Shown here piece after piece: positions 9,450 to 18,710 of a stretch of DNA of 64,000 nucleotides. The DNA is taken from positions 64,001 through 128,000 of the IMG/VR virus record IMGVR_UViG_3300022751_000016; one strand, given 5' to 3'. The DNA is from a virus. Each line of letters opens with the position of its first letter. The first letter of the stretch is position 1. A program made the translations under genes and the position numbers. The notes below the pieces were generated by a model. It ran no database searches. It had not been told where the DNA came from and worked only from the letters and a program-made list of their open reading frames with translations.

Positions 9450-9665
9450 ATGAAAACAACATATAAAGTAATAGAAAATCCACCATACGACAGAGGTGCT
9501 CCAAGTACATTCTGGATTAGAAAAGAAACAGTGAGATTTGGAATATTTAAGTCTTATGAGACTATTGGTGATTATAAGTATGATGACACTTATGGAGAGC
9601 TTGGAGATTGTCCTTTCTTTAGTAGAACGGCGGCGAATAAAAGAGTGAAATTACTAAAACAATAA
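9450..9665 (+). CDS. Hypothetical protein
   Basis: Packed ORF. Confidence 0.7.
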   Translation: MKTTYKVIENPPYDRGAPSTFWIRKETVRFGIFKSYETIGDYKYDDTYGELGDCPFFSRTAANKRVKLLKQ

Positions 9666-9762
9666 TTATTATGAACTATAAAACGAAAAGAAATCTAATA
9701 ATCACTCTAGATGTATTATTATGGGCGGCATTATTATTTTTTGGATATAAATACTTTACAGG

Positions 9763-10848
9763 ATGTTAAAGAAAATTAAAGAGAAACGCATAGAACAGTT
9801 TAAAACTGATTTTCCAGGATTTAAGGTATCAGAAAAAACAGGTTCTATTTATTGTAGAATAGGAGTAGTTGAATCAACAAAGCAAACTAAACATACAGGA
9901 AGAGCTGTTACAAAAAATACGTTATCTAAAATAGGACAACTTCAAGAGTGGAAAGTTTCTGTGGCTCGTTATGTTTATTTATTAACGCCAGCAGGAAGGC
10001 TTATGGTGAGTAAAAGCGGAGGTAATTTTAAATCAGTTGGACTTAAACAAGTAAGATTAGAAAACCCAGAATTACAAAATACATTTTTTATAGGTAAGAA
10101 GTATGAATGGTTAAAAGATTATCCTAATTTATATCCTTATAGACTATTTCAAGGTTTTAATTCATTAGGAGAAGTTAAGAAGTTCTTAGGTTTTTCTTTT
10201 ATATCAGACGAAGAATTTACTAAACTTTTCACAGCAGATTGGTTTGATTTTTTAACTCCTATGATTTTAGCTAAAGACAAGAAAAATGTAGTTAGGTTGT
10301 ATAAGAATTTAGAAACAGATGATAAGGACTTACTTAATGACTACATTAATTTGTGCCAAGAGCATAATATGGAAATAGAAATTCCTGCGGGTAAAAACAG
10401 ATTGGAAGAGTTACATACTCAAGCAGTTTGGGAAGTTAATAAAAAAACTGCTGAAAATTATTCTAAAGAAAAGCGGTATGAAATAAAAGAAGAGTTTACT
10501 GAAGTTTGGAAAGAACGCGGACTAAAATTCAAAAGATTAGAAACTCCTTATGAAATGTACGCTCAAGGAATAAAACAGCAACACTGTATAGGCACTAATT
10601 ATGCTAAAACTTTAAATAGGTATGCGTTCTACAGTTTTGAAGATAATGGCGAAAATTACGAAATGCAAATCTATGAGAACGGTAGTATAGGTCAATTTTA
10701 CGGTAGAAAAAATAAACAAGTTCCAAATTTCCTTAGAGAGAAAGTCACAAAAGATGTAAATTTAAAATATTCATTAATAGACATACAACCAGATTTAAAA
10801 AACTATCCAATGCTAAAGGAAGTTGAAGAAAGTATTTGGGATTTCTAA
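9763..10848 (+). CDS. PcfJ-like domain protein
   Basis: C-terminal QG..QQHCIG..Y ... QFYGRKN motif. Confidence 0.7.
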   Translation: MLKKIKEKRIEQFKTDFPGFKVSEKTGSIYCRIGVVESTKQTKHTGRAVTKNTLSKIGQLQEWKVSVARYVYLLTPAGRLMVSKSGGNFKSVGLKQVRLENPELQNTFFIGKKYEWLKDYPNLYPYRLFQGFNSLGEVKKFLGFSFISDEEFTKLFTADWFDFLTPMILAKDKKNVVRLYKNLETDDKDLLNDYINLCQEHNMEIEIPAGKNRLEELHTQAVWEVNKKTAENYSKEKRYEIKEEFTEVWKERGLKFKRLETPYEMYAQGIKQQHCIGTNYAKTLNRYAFYSFEDNGENYEMQIYENGSIGQFYGRKNKQVPNFLREKVTKDVNLKYSLIDIQPDLKNYPMLKEVEESIWDF

Positions 10849-10879
10849 ATTTAGTAATGGTTACAGAAAAAATAACCAA

Positions 10880-10911
10880 TTTGGAAAATAGAATGATATT
10901 AAGTATATTTG
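10880..10911 (+). promoter_or_regulatory. Canonical Bacteroidota promoter TTTG-N20-TATATTTG
   Basis: TTTG 10880-10883, TATATTTG 10904-10911; faces a non-coding region. Confidence 0.8.
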
Positions 10912-10932
10912 CAGGACATAATAGAAATACAA

Positions 10933-11036
10933 GATTTAGACTCTCACCTCTAAAATCGTAAAGATAATAAGTATAAAAACTTAGGAAACTAACGGACAGG
11001 AAAGATGGGTGAGAGCTCTTTTCGTCCGTTTTTTGT
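10933..11036 (+). ncRNA. Kissing-loop RNA element, copy 1
   Basis: Hairpin loop CTCTCACC (10941-10948) is complementary to loop GGTGAGAG (11008-11015) of a terminator-like hairpin. Confidence 0.65.
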
Positions 11037-11040
11037 TTTA

Positions 11041-11650
11041 TATGGATTCTATTTCTGCCAATTATACGTGACTTGATGTTAATATCATCGTATATCCTTC
11101 TAATTATTTTAGTCGGCGTCAAAGGGAAGAGTGAGCTATTTAATAGTTATCTACGCCTGAGTATAGGGGAGTTTTACGCATTTATGTATACCTTTATCCT
11201 GTTGGCAATTTAATTGTTGATAGAGGTCAGTTTCTCCCCACTTCACAAAGCAGATAGTTACTAAATTAAAAAGGATTTCAGAAATTCACTTCATGCGATG
11301 GAGTAAACAAAATAACTGAGGATTCTCAAAAGGAGTCTAACTCTGAGGGCTTGGGGGCTTGCCCTATATTTATCTTAATTAATTATATCGCAATTAGTAA
11401 ATTGTTTTCACTGCAAAGCTTTAGTATGTCGCCAAAACTATAGTTCGGCGGGAAAATATATAGATAAGTAAAAGCTTATAAAAATGGCGACAGAATATAC
11501 TACTTGCAGTGGATAGGTAATTAACAGTTTTGAATGTATTACTTAGTAGTTTATGTTGTGGCGGATTTATAGATGAAGATAGGAACGTATAAAACTGAAA
11601 GTATTAATTCCGCGCCACAAAAGAATATAAGTAAACAATCACAAACTGTA
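11041..11650 (+). ncRNA. Putative large structured ncRNA (or structured origin)
   Basis: ORF-free; many nested long-range helices (see findings). Confidence 0.55.
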
Positions 11651-11712
11651 AAAAAACATTATATGAATTAGCGGGTATTTTAAGGGAAACTATGTTAAAT
11701 TTTAAAATTTCT

Positions 11713-11743
11713 CTTGTTTAATCATAAATAAGGTGTATATTTG
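11713..11743 (+). promoter_or_regulatory. Promoter CTTG-N19-TATATTTG
   Basis: Consensus match upstream of ORF 11767. Confidence 0.75.
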
Positions 11744-11766
11744 TAAAGAATTAAAAAAGTAAAATT

Positions 11767-11982
11767 ATGAAAATAGTAAATATATTGATTGCTTTTATAG
11801 TAACTGCTTCAATTTGCGCAATAGTAGATTTAATTATAAACTATGTAATGGCAAATACCGTTGAGTGGAAAGTCTTAAGTGAGCAATTGTGGAAAATACT
11901 AATAAGTATAGGTAGAATAAGTTTAGGCTATTTTTACGGAAGTATAATTTTTAAAGAGATTTTAAAACAGTTAGAGAACTGA
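11767..11982 (+). CDS. Small membrane protein
   Basis: Two hydrophobic segments. Confidence 0.7.
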   Translation: MKIVNILIAFIVTASICAIVDLIINYVMANTVEWKVLSEQLWKILISIGRISLGYFYGSIIFKEILKQLEN

Positions 11983-11984
11983 TT

Positions 11985-12203
11985 ATGAGTAACACAAAAA
12001 ACATTAATGTAATCACTATAAATAGTCCATTCTACTTCTTATTTGCAATAGGAACAGCAATGATAGGATATAATATTCATGACAGCATATTTTGGTCTTT
12101 TATTGACTTCTTTTTCGCGCCGTTAGTTTGGATTAAGTGGTTAATAATGCACCAAGTAAATTTATCAATAATAAAAGAGACGTTTAATTTTTTCTTAAAA
12201 TAA
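11985..12203 (+). CDS. Small membrane protein
   Basis: Hydrophobic and aromatic-rich. Confidence 0.7.
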   Translation: MSNTKNINVITINSPFYFLFAIGTAMIGYNIHDSIFWSFIDFFFAPLVWIKWLIMHQVNLSIIKETFNFFLK

Positions 12204-12359
12204 AATTATGAAATACTATTATTTAGCAGTCACTATAATTATAGTATCTGTATTAGCATCATTATGTTATTCGGACTATTTAAAATCGAGCAAAACAGAG
12301 AGAGAGAGAACAGGAAATAAAAAAGTTAGAATTATTAATTAAACTGAAAGAACAAAACA

Positions 12360-12665
12360 ATGAATAAATCTTTTAAAAATAAAAGTCAAATAGCGTTAGA
12401 CGATAAACACTTCTTAATTCCAGACTCAGATTCAGGAATCATCCTTGTATTCCACGAAATTCGCCAAAGAAAAAAGAAAGACAGTGAAGAACTAGAAGAC
12501 TACGAATTCACTGACCGTTGGTATTTCACAAGAATCGTACAAAGTCTAAGAAAATACACAGAATTAACAGAGAACAGTTGTAAGACTATTGATGAAATTC
12601 TAGAAAAAGTGAAGTATAATACAGAACTTTTAGATAGGTTAGATGTTGAATTTAAACAGTTTTAA
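12360..12665 (+). CDS. Hypothetical protein
   Basis: ORF track. Confidence 0.75.
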   Translation: MNKSFKNKSQIALDDKHFLIPDSDSGIILVFHEIRQRKKKDSEELEDYEFTDRWYFTRIVQSLRKYTELTENSCKTIDEILEKVKYNTELLDRLDVEFKQF

Positions 12666-12668
12666 TTT

Positions 12669-13064
12669 ATGTCTGCACCACATATACATGCAATATCCTC
12701 AGCTAAAAAGTTTGGAGGTGTTATGGAAGATTATATGAATATACATGCTAAGATGGATTGTTCTAAAGCTTACTTTCCAGATAATAGGCATAGAGTGCTA
12801 ACACATACAATGTTTTGGGTTAAAGAAGTGATGATTCCTTTGTTTGGAGAAATAATAACAAATTCTGATAATAAAATAGTAAGTGTAAAAGATGTTTGTG
12901 AACAACACATTTTAGAAGACTATAGACAGAAATTTATACCAACTCCACAGGATTTTATTGAAAATATGGAATTTAAAACTTGGATGCAAAATGGGAGAGG
13001 TGTGCCAAGTTCCTCAAAATTATTATATAAACAAAAAGATTATAAACAATTAATAGAGAATTAA
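12669..13064 (+). CDS. DUF6915-like His-rich protein
   Basis: P..HA.SSAKKFGG..EDY..IH..MD.SK...D.RHR..TH ... EQHILED. Confidence 0.75.
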   Translation: MSAPHIHAISSAKKFGGVMEDYMNIHAKMDCSKAYFPDNRHRVLTHTMFWVKEVMIPLFGEIITNSDNKIVSVKDVCEQHILEDYRQKFIPTPQDFIENMEFKTWMQNGRGVPSSSKLLYKQKDYKQLIEN

Positions 13065-13066
13065 AA

Positions 13067-13582
13067 ATGAGTGTACTAGAAGGAATTAAAGAAAAAATAG
13101 AAGCTATTAAAAAGCAAAAAGAAGAATTAACTTCACAGTTAAAAAAAGATTTTGCACCAATGTTACAACCGTTGTTTGAAAAATCAAATGGTAAAATTAC
13201 ATCTATTGGATGGACTCAATATACACCATATTTTATGGATGGAGACGAGTGTGTATTTTCTACAAATTTTGATATAGATTATGGATTAAGAATCAATGGA
13301 GAGACTCTAGAAGAAAGCGAAAATGTTTTTGGAAGTTCTTTATATGCTTTGAAAAAATATGGTACAGATGACTATGAATCTTGGATTAGTAAATATCCAG
13401 AGGACAAAATAAAAGAAGAAACGAGGGAATCGGATTTGGCTTTATATTCACTTATAACTGAATTTCAGGAACTTCTAATCTCTATTGAAGATGAATTTTA
13501 CAGAGATTTATTTGGAGACCACGTAGAAGTAACTGTAAAAGCAGATGGGACAGTAGAAACAGAAGAATATGACCACGATTAA
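13067..13582 (+). CDS. Hypothetical protein (WTQYTPYF.DG..C.F ... FGDH ... EEYDHD)
   Basis: Conserved-looking motif set. Confidence 0.8.
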   Translation: MSVLEGIKEKIEAIKKQKEELTSQLKKDFAPMLQPLFEKSNGKITSIGWTQYTPYFMDGDECVFSTNFDIDYGLRINGETLEESENVFGSSLYALKKYGTDDYESWISKYPEDKIKEETRESDLALYSLITEFQELLISIEDEFYRDLFGDHVEVTVKADGTVETEEYDHD

Positions 13583-13584
13583 TT

Positions 13585-13830
13585 ATGAAAATACTATACG
13601 ACAAATATAAGTTCAAGTCAGTGAAATATGACGGAGGAATAGAAGGAATTATTGTGGGTTTTTGCGACAATAATTTGATTGCCACATGTGAAGAAGGTTG
13701 TAACCCCTCATATTCATTTCGCCGCCTAGATAAAAACACATTCATTGACGAAAAATATCGTGACACTAAGTACAGATACTTCTATGTAACTGAATCAACA
13801 ATGCTTAAACAACACCCAAAGATTAAATGA
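13585..13830 (+). CDS. Hypothetical protein
   Basis: Packed ORF. Confidence 0.7.
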   Translation: MKILYDKYKFKSVKYDGGIEGIIVGFCDNNLIATCEEGCNPSYSFRRLDKNTFIDEKYRDTKYRYFYVTESTMLKQHPKIK

Positions 13831-14231
13831 AACTAACTCCTTACCAAGCACACCACCAAAAAAATCCTGAAAAAGAAACAAGAGTAGAATATTTTACTTT
13901 AAAAAAAGTAAGTAAGGAAACTGGAATTTCAATTTCGATTTTAAATAAGAGAGGTTGGAAATTAGGGTTGAAAGGGAAATGCTTGGGAAAAGGGAGTACT
14001 ATGTATTATACAAAAACTCAAATAAATAAGATGCTGGCTTACGTCAAAACTCCTAAATCCATAGATTCCTGCAAAATAACTATAATAGAATTATATCAGA
14101 AAAATCAAATAGGAAGGGATATTGCTAAGTACATGAAAATAAGTGTAAAAACTACCTATGATTGTATTAGAGAGTATAATGAAACAGGCTGTGTGACAGT
14201 AGAAAGTAAAATAAATAAATTATATGAATGA
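13827..14231 (+). CDS. Helix-turn-helix DNA-binding protein (two HTH-like segments)
   Basis: TLKKVSKETGISISIL and GRDIAKYMKISVKTTY. Confidence 0.6.
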   Translation: MKLTPYQAHHQKNPEKETRVEYFTLKKVSKETGISISILNKRGWKLGLKGKCLGKGSTMYYTKTQINKMLAYVKTPKSIDSCKITIIELYQKNQIGRDIAKYMKISVKTTYDCIREYNETGCVTVESKINKLYE

Positions 14232-14577
14232 CACAATGGCTCTGCTAGACACAGTAATTACACTTCAAATGTCGGCAGAGAATTTAGATAGGCTACAACG
14301 AACACCATTCAACAAACAAAAAATAAAAACATTAATAAAACAACTGTTAAAAGAAGTTGACCCAATAGTACAAAAGAATTACAATAAGATTTTCGGTATA
14401 GATGCGGAAACAACACTTTCAATTATTTCAGAATATGAGAGACATGTTAAATACTTGGCTCCTCTGGATATCCCTGATAAGATAGCAAATTGTCAATTCA
14501 CAGAAGCGTGGAATAAGGATAGAAAGACAATTGAAAGTACCATGCATAGGATTATTAATAAGCCCTCACAAAAATAG
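14224..14577 (+). CDS. Hypothetical protein
   Basis: Overlapping packed ORF. Confidence 0.75.
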   Translation: MNDTMALLDTVITLQMSAENLDRLQRTPFNKQKIKTLIKQLLKEVDPIVQKNYNKIFGIDAETTLSIISEYERHVKYLAPLDIPDKIANCQFTEAWNKDRKTIESTMHRIINKPSQK

Positions 14578-14612
14578 TTGAATATTTCCTTTTTTATTAC
14601 GTTTATTTGGTC

Positions 14613-14620
14613 TATCTTTG
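14613..14620 (+). promoter_or_regulatory. -7 promoter element TATCTTTG
   Basis: Consensus match in intergenic gap. Confidence 0.6.
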
Positions 14621-14654
14621 TCGGACAATAGAGCGAGAGCGTAAAATTAGAATT

Positions 14655-14828
14655 ATGATAACACACAAATACTTCATAGCTTGCATAAAAATAGCAGGTG
14701 TAGATTATTACAAATTAATGAGAGAAACTTTTTTCTGTGGATTTTATTTGTGGCAAAAAGAATTTAAAGAAGAGTACTCAACAGTAGAAGAGATAAGAAC
14801 AGAAATAGAGAGATTGGAGAATGATTAA
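14655..14828 (+). CDS. Hypothetical protein (start corrected to ATG 14655)
   Basis: TTG start at 14607 would overlap the promoter. Confidence 0.65.
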   Translation: MITHKYFIACIKIAGVDYYKLMRETFFCGFYLWQKEFKEEYSTVEEIRTEIERLEND

Positions 14829-14840
14829 AAAGCGTAACAC

Positions 14841-15101
14841 ATGAAAAACATAACAACATTTTTACTCGGAGGACTAGTATTTATATCCTTCGCAGCGGCA
14901 ACAACAAATATAATGACTGTTAAGCCTGCAACTCCTAAACAAACATTAGTTAAAGATTTCTGGGGTGCATACGGAATTGAAAAAGAAATGCAAAAGTATA
15001 TCACTTTACAAGTAAAAGGCGGATTTATAGTGAAAGGGTTTACTCTAGACTCAGAAGAGAATGGTTATCAAAGAGGATTAGTAGTAATGGAAAAATATTA
15101 A
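14841..15101 (+). CDS. Hypothetical protein with signal peptide
   Basis: MKNITTFLLGGLVFISFAAA. Confidence 0.7.
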   Translation: MKNITTFLLGGLVFISFAAATTNIMTVKPATPKQTLVKDFWGAYGIEKEMQKYITLQVKGGFIVKGFTLDSEENGYQRGLVVMEKY

Positions 15102-15103
15102 AA

Positions 15104-15301
15104 GTGGAAAATAAAAACTTAAACAAGAGACCCTTTAATTCAGAATCCGAAGCTCGTGCAGAACTAGAACGTATACTAACAACTCAGCACAAGCCATGGT
15201 CAAAAAATGATGTAAAACCTTGTCGATATTATCACGATAAAGAATTAGATAAATGGTTTTTAACAAGCAATATAACAATAGTAGAATACCCTAAAAAATA
15301 A
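15104..15301 (+). CDS. Hypothetical protein
   Basis: GTG-start packed ORF. Confidence 0.65.
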   Translation: MENKNLNKRPFNSESEARAELERILTTQHKPWSKNDVKPCRYYHDKELDKWFLTSNITIVEYPKK

Positions 15302-15321
15302 ACAATTAAATATAAAACAAC

Positions 15322-15597
15322 ATGAACAGAAAAGAGTTATTATCAGCGAATTTAAGTGAAGAGAAAAATGTAACAACAGTAGTTACTAACACATTAGCAA
15401 AAGATGCTAAATTTATTAAGAAAGCTAAAAGAGATTTAGAAGACCAAATCGAAGATGCAGAAGAAAAACTAGAGGAAAGACTATCTTCTAACACGCCTTT
15501 AGATAAATCTGTAGTAGAAGTACTTTATGATAGTTTAATAGGATTAAAAGCTACTTTAGCTTTATATGAAAAATTTGAGAAAGAAGTATTAGCCTAA
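15322..15597 (+). CDS. Coiled-coil hypothetical protein
   Basis: E/K-rich heptads. Confidence 0.75.
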   Translation: MNRKELLSANLSEEKNVTTVVTNTLAKDAKFIKKAKRDLEDQIEDAEEKLEERLSSNTPLDKSVVEVLYDSLIGLKATLALYEKFEKEVLA

Positions 15598-15601
15598 CAC
15601 T

Positions 15602-16378
15602 ATGAGTAGAAGAAAAACTCCATTATTAAGTATACCTTCCTTGGCAGAAATGCAACAGGGAGGAGTATATAAATTTACAAACTCTATTAATGATTTTACC
15701 TATATTGGGAGTTGTAAAAAGTTCTCAGATAGATTAGCGGGGCATATTTGCGATTCTAAACGAGGCAAAGCAAATAGATATTTAATAGAGTTTGTAAATG
15801 ATTTTGGATGGGAAACTATTTCTTTTGAAATATTGGAAGTAGTTGAAGATTTCTCTTTATTAAAAACGCGGGAGAATCATTGGATAGGACTTTTTGATTT
15901 TAATTTATTATGGAATTGTGCACCAAAAGCAGACACTTTAGTAGGGACTAAGATGCCTTTGACACATAAAATTAAGAGTTCTGAAAGAATGAAAGGTAAT
16001 ACACTTAGCGTAGGTTATGTTCACTCTAAGGAGAAGGGTATAAAATGCGCAAAGTATTGGGAAGAGCACCCAAAAGAGAAGGAAGAAATGATTTCTAAAA
16101 ATAAAGAATCGCAGTCTAAGGTAGATAGGAGTTCTTGGGAAAAAGGAAAGATTATAGAAGTTTATTATGAAAAAGTCTTGATTGATACAGTAGAGGGATT
16201 AAAAAATGTAGAGACAAAATACAATTTAGGACATACCTATGCGAGTAAAATGTTACAAGGTAAGAAACCACCATTGAGGGGTTACTTTTTAAAAACAATA
16301 GGTTCTTATTTTATATCTGATAAAGTCTATATCAGAAGATATTTAAATGGAAAAGAAATAATAGAAAATAAATTATGA
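15602..16378 (+). CDS. GIY-YIG homing endonuclease with NUMOD-type DNA-binding repeats
   Basis: GVYKFTN...YIGS...R..H, RE, N; H..KSSERMKG and HSKE repeats. Confidence 0.88.
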   Translation: MSRRKTPLLSIPSLAEMQQGGVYKFTNSINDFTYIGSCKKFSDRLAGHICDSKRGKANRYLIEFVNDFGWETISFEILEVVEDFSLLKTRENHWIGLFDFNLLWNCAPKADTLVGTKMPLTHKIKSSERMKGNTLSVGYVHSKEKGIKCAKYWEEHPKEKEEMISKNKESQSKVDRSSWEKGKIIEVYYEKVLIDTVEGLKNVETKYNLGHTYASKMLQGKKPPLRGYFLKTIGSYFISDKVYIRRYLNGKEIIENKL

Positions 16379-17724
16379 AATCAATACATTTTGTTACACC
16401 AACTTTACTTTCTCATTTGGATTTATTTTCTATGGGAGGTTCTGAAAAAGCTGAAGATACTAGTAAAATAGGAAGATACAATTCAGGACTATGTTATTCT
16501 ATGGCATTATCTTTAAGGAATAATATAGACATGTCTGTACGAGTGTTTGATACAGAATATGAGTCGGAAGGTCACGATAGAGCAAGGGAAACTTTATACA
16601 CTATTGACACCTACACTGAAATTTGTGAACAAACAGATAAAGAAAAAGAATTAATACAACTTAGTAAATCAGTTTCAAAACAATCTTTTTTCTCAGTTCA
16701 CTGTGATGATTACGGTGGTGGAGATTTCCCAGAAGAGATTATTCCAACAGGATTCTCAGTTAAAATGGGAATAGGATGGGATTTGTGGATGGTCTTGAGA
16801 GAAATCTTCTCTAATATGATTGATGAGAATGGAAATTACTATGAAGACACTTGTCCTGAAATTAAGTACGGAACAGTTTTTACATTAAGATTTGAAGATA
16901 GTTCAGAATTTGCAGAAATATGGAACAATCGTCATTTGTATATTAATGAAAAGCCACCTTTATACATCATTTCCGATACAGTTGAAGTATTAGAAAATGA
17001 AGAGGGATTTTTAAGAATTTACAAGCAAAACATATTAGTTTATAAAGATGAGAAAGTTCCAAGTAAGTTTGCGTATAATCTTAAATTCGGCGAAATAGAC
17101 GAAAAAAGAATTTTATCTAATATTTGGAGTGTTTCCAGTGATATTGTATATGCCATAAAAAATACAAAAAATGAAAATTACTTAAGAGAGATTATAACTG
17201 TTGATTTTGAAGATAAATTTCTTTCAGATAAAAGTGTCTATGGAACAGCTTCTGATTTAGCTCATAGCATAGCTTGTGAAATCTATAATAAATTCGGAGA
17301 AGTTAAAACATATCCTTGGTTGCTGAATTCTATTAAGGAAAGAAGTGATTGTGGAATTGGTGAGAAAAGAATCCAAAGCATAGGAGATAGTGTTTATAGT
17401 TATTCAAATACAGTAACTGTAACTTCTATTCCAGAGCCTTTTGCCGAACCATCTATTGAAGTTGAGGGAGAAGTATTTATAGACCCTTTTTCCGCGGAAA
17501 TAAAAAAACATTATAACTTTGAATTAGATGTAGAAGTTAGAAAAGCTAAATTACGTGGGAATAAGGTTATAGCAGATAAGTTTGAAAAGTGTCTGATTGT
17601 AGACGAAAGTTTTGATGTAGAAAAATACTTTGGAGAGTTCATAATTCAATATTTAGATTTAACTGTTGAAGGAAATGTAATTAAGAATTTAGGAGAGTAT
17701 ATTTGTAATTTATTGAAGAAATGA
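16375..17724 (+). CDS. GHKL (Hsp90/MutL-like) ATPase domain protein, motif order permuted
   Basis: GGSEK...KIGRYNSGL (G-box) precedes LREIFSNMIDE (N-box), then GTVFTL. Confidence 0.6.
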   Translation: MKSIHFVTPTLLSHLDLFSMGGSEKAEDTSKIGRYNSGLCYSMALSLRNNIDMSVRVFDTEYESEGHDRARETLYTIDTYTEICEQTDKEKELIQLSKSVSKQSFFSVHCDDYGGGDFPEEIIPTGFSVKMGIGWDLWMVLREIFSNMIDENGNYYEDTCPEIKYGTVFTLRFEDSSEFAEIWNNRHLYINEKPPLYIISDTVEVLENEEGFLRIYKQNILVYKDEKVPSKFAYNLKFGEIDEKRILSNIWSVSSDIVYAIKNTKNENYLREIITVDFEDKFLSDKSVYGTASDLAHSIACEIYNKFGEVKTYPWLLNSIKERSDCGIGEKRIQSIGDSVYSYSNTVTVTSIPEPFAEPSIEVEGEVFIDPFSAEIKKHYNFELDVEVRKAKLRGNKVIADKFEKCLIVDESFDVEKYFGEFIIQYLDLTVEGNVIKNLGEYICNLLKK

Positions 17725-17951
17725 AAAAAGAACTGTTTATAGAATGCGAATGTCACGGAGAGATTATTAAGCTAGATAAGTTTGATGACGAAGAAGAAAT
17801 CTATTTAACTATATACAAATATTATTTTCCTAAATCTTCTTTTTGGCGCAGAATAAAAGCCGCGATAAGAGTATTAAAAGGAGAAGGAGTAAGAACAGCA
17901 GATATAGTATTAAGTAAAGAGAGTTTTAATAAAATTAAGAAGTTTAAATGA
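17721..17951 (+). CDS. Hypothetical protein
   Basis: CxC motif; packed ORF. Confidence 0.75.
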   Translation: MKKELFIECECHGEIIKLDKFDDEEEIYLTIYKYYFPKSSFWRRIKAAIRVLKGEGVRTADIVLSKESFNKIKKFK

Positions 17952-17955
17952 GCTT

Positions 17956-18240
17956 ATGAAACAGAAGATAACAAAACTTTTAGGTACTATACACTGCGAT
18001 GAGTTAGATAAACTAACATTGGAAGAGGTAGTAGAAGTACTCACTAGAGTAATGCAACCTAATAGTAAATTAGATTATGACTATGATGGAACTTTCTATG
18101 TACAACTTAGTAGAGAAGAGACAGACGATGAATATAATCATAGAATTAATGCCGAAAATGTCGCGAAAGAAAGATTAAAACAGAAAGAATTAGAAACATT
18201 AAGACAGTTAAAAGAGAAGTATGAAGGAACAAATAAATAA
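17956..18240 (+). CDS. Hypothetical protein
   Basis: Packed ORF. Confidence 0.75.
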   Translation: MKQKITKLLGTIHCDELDKLTLEEVVEVLTRVMQPNSKLDYDYDGTFYVQLSREETDDEYNHRINAENVAKERLKQKELETLRQLKEKYEGTNK

Positions 18241-18604
18241 TCTAGTAAAAGATGTCCACACTAAAAATGTAGAAGCTGGATGGTGGAATGACCCTGAAAC
18301 AGGGGAAAGCCTACTAAACCATAAATTCACTCCTTATGTAATAGGAACTAAGTTAATGTTAACCGTAACAGAACTTGCAGAAGCAACAGAGGGTTATAGA
18401 AAAGATTTAATGGATGATAAACTTCCTCACAGAAAAATGATTGATGTAGAATTAGCAGATGCTGTTATTAGAATATTAGATTTAGCTGGAGCTGTCGGTT
18501 GTAATGACTTGGGCGATATTATTGAGGAAAAGAGGGAAATGAATAGAACAAGACCTGACCATCAAGTAGTTAACAGATTGAAAGTTGGCGGAAAAAAGTT
18601 CTAA
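18221..18604 (+). CDS. mazG: MazG-like nucleotide pyrophosphohydrolase
   Basis: ELAEATEGYRK ... VELADAVIRILD ... EEKREMN..R. Confidence 0.85.
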   Translation: MKEQINNLVKDVHTKNVEAGWWNDPETGESLLNHKFTPYVIGTKLMLTVTELAEATEGYRKDLMDDKLPHRKMIDVELADAVIRILDLAGAVGCNDLGDIIEEKREMNRTRPDHQVVNRLKVGGKKF

Positions 18605-18710
18605 AAATGAAACTAAAACTCATTGGTTTAATAGGGGTAGTTCCTTATTTATTTTTAGGATTAATTTGTTGGGGAGTTTTTAGAATAATTAACTATTTAA
18701 TTAGAATATT

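Noticed and set aside
10745-11122. 125-aa minus-strand ORF
   Set aside because: Antisense to a real gene, a promoter and an RNA structure; TTG start; atypical composition.
10912-11700. tRNA cluster, CRISPR array or group I/II intron
   Set aside because: No GTTCRA T-loops or cloverleafs, no direct repeats with spacers, no interrupted flanking gene and no recognisable intron core; retained only as an unknown structured element.
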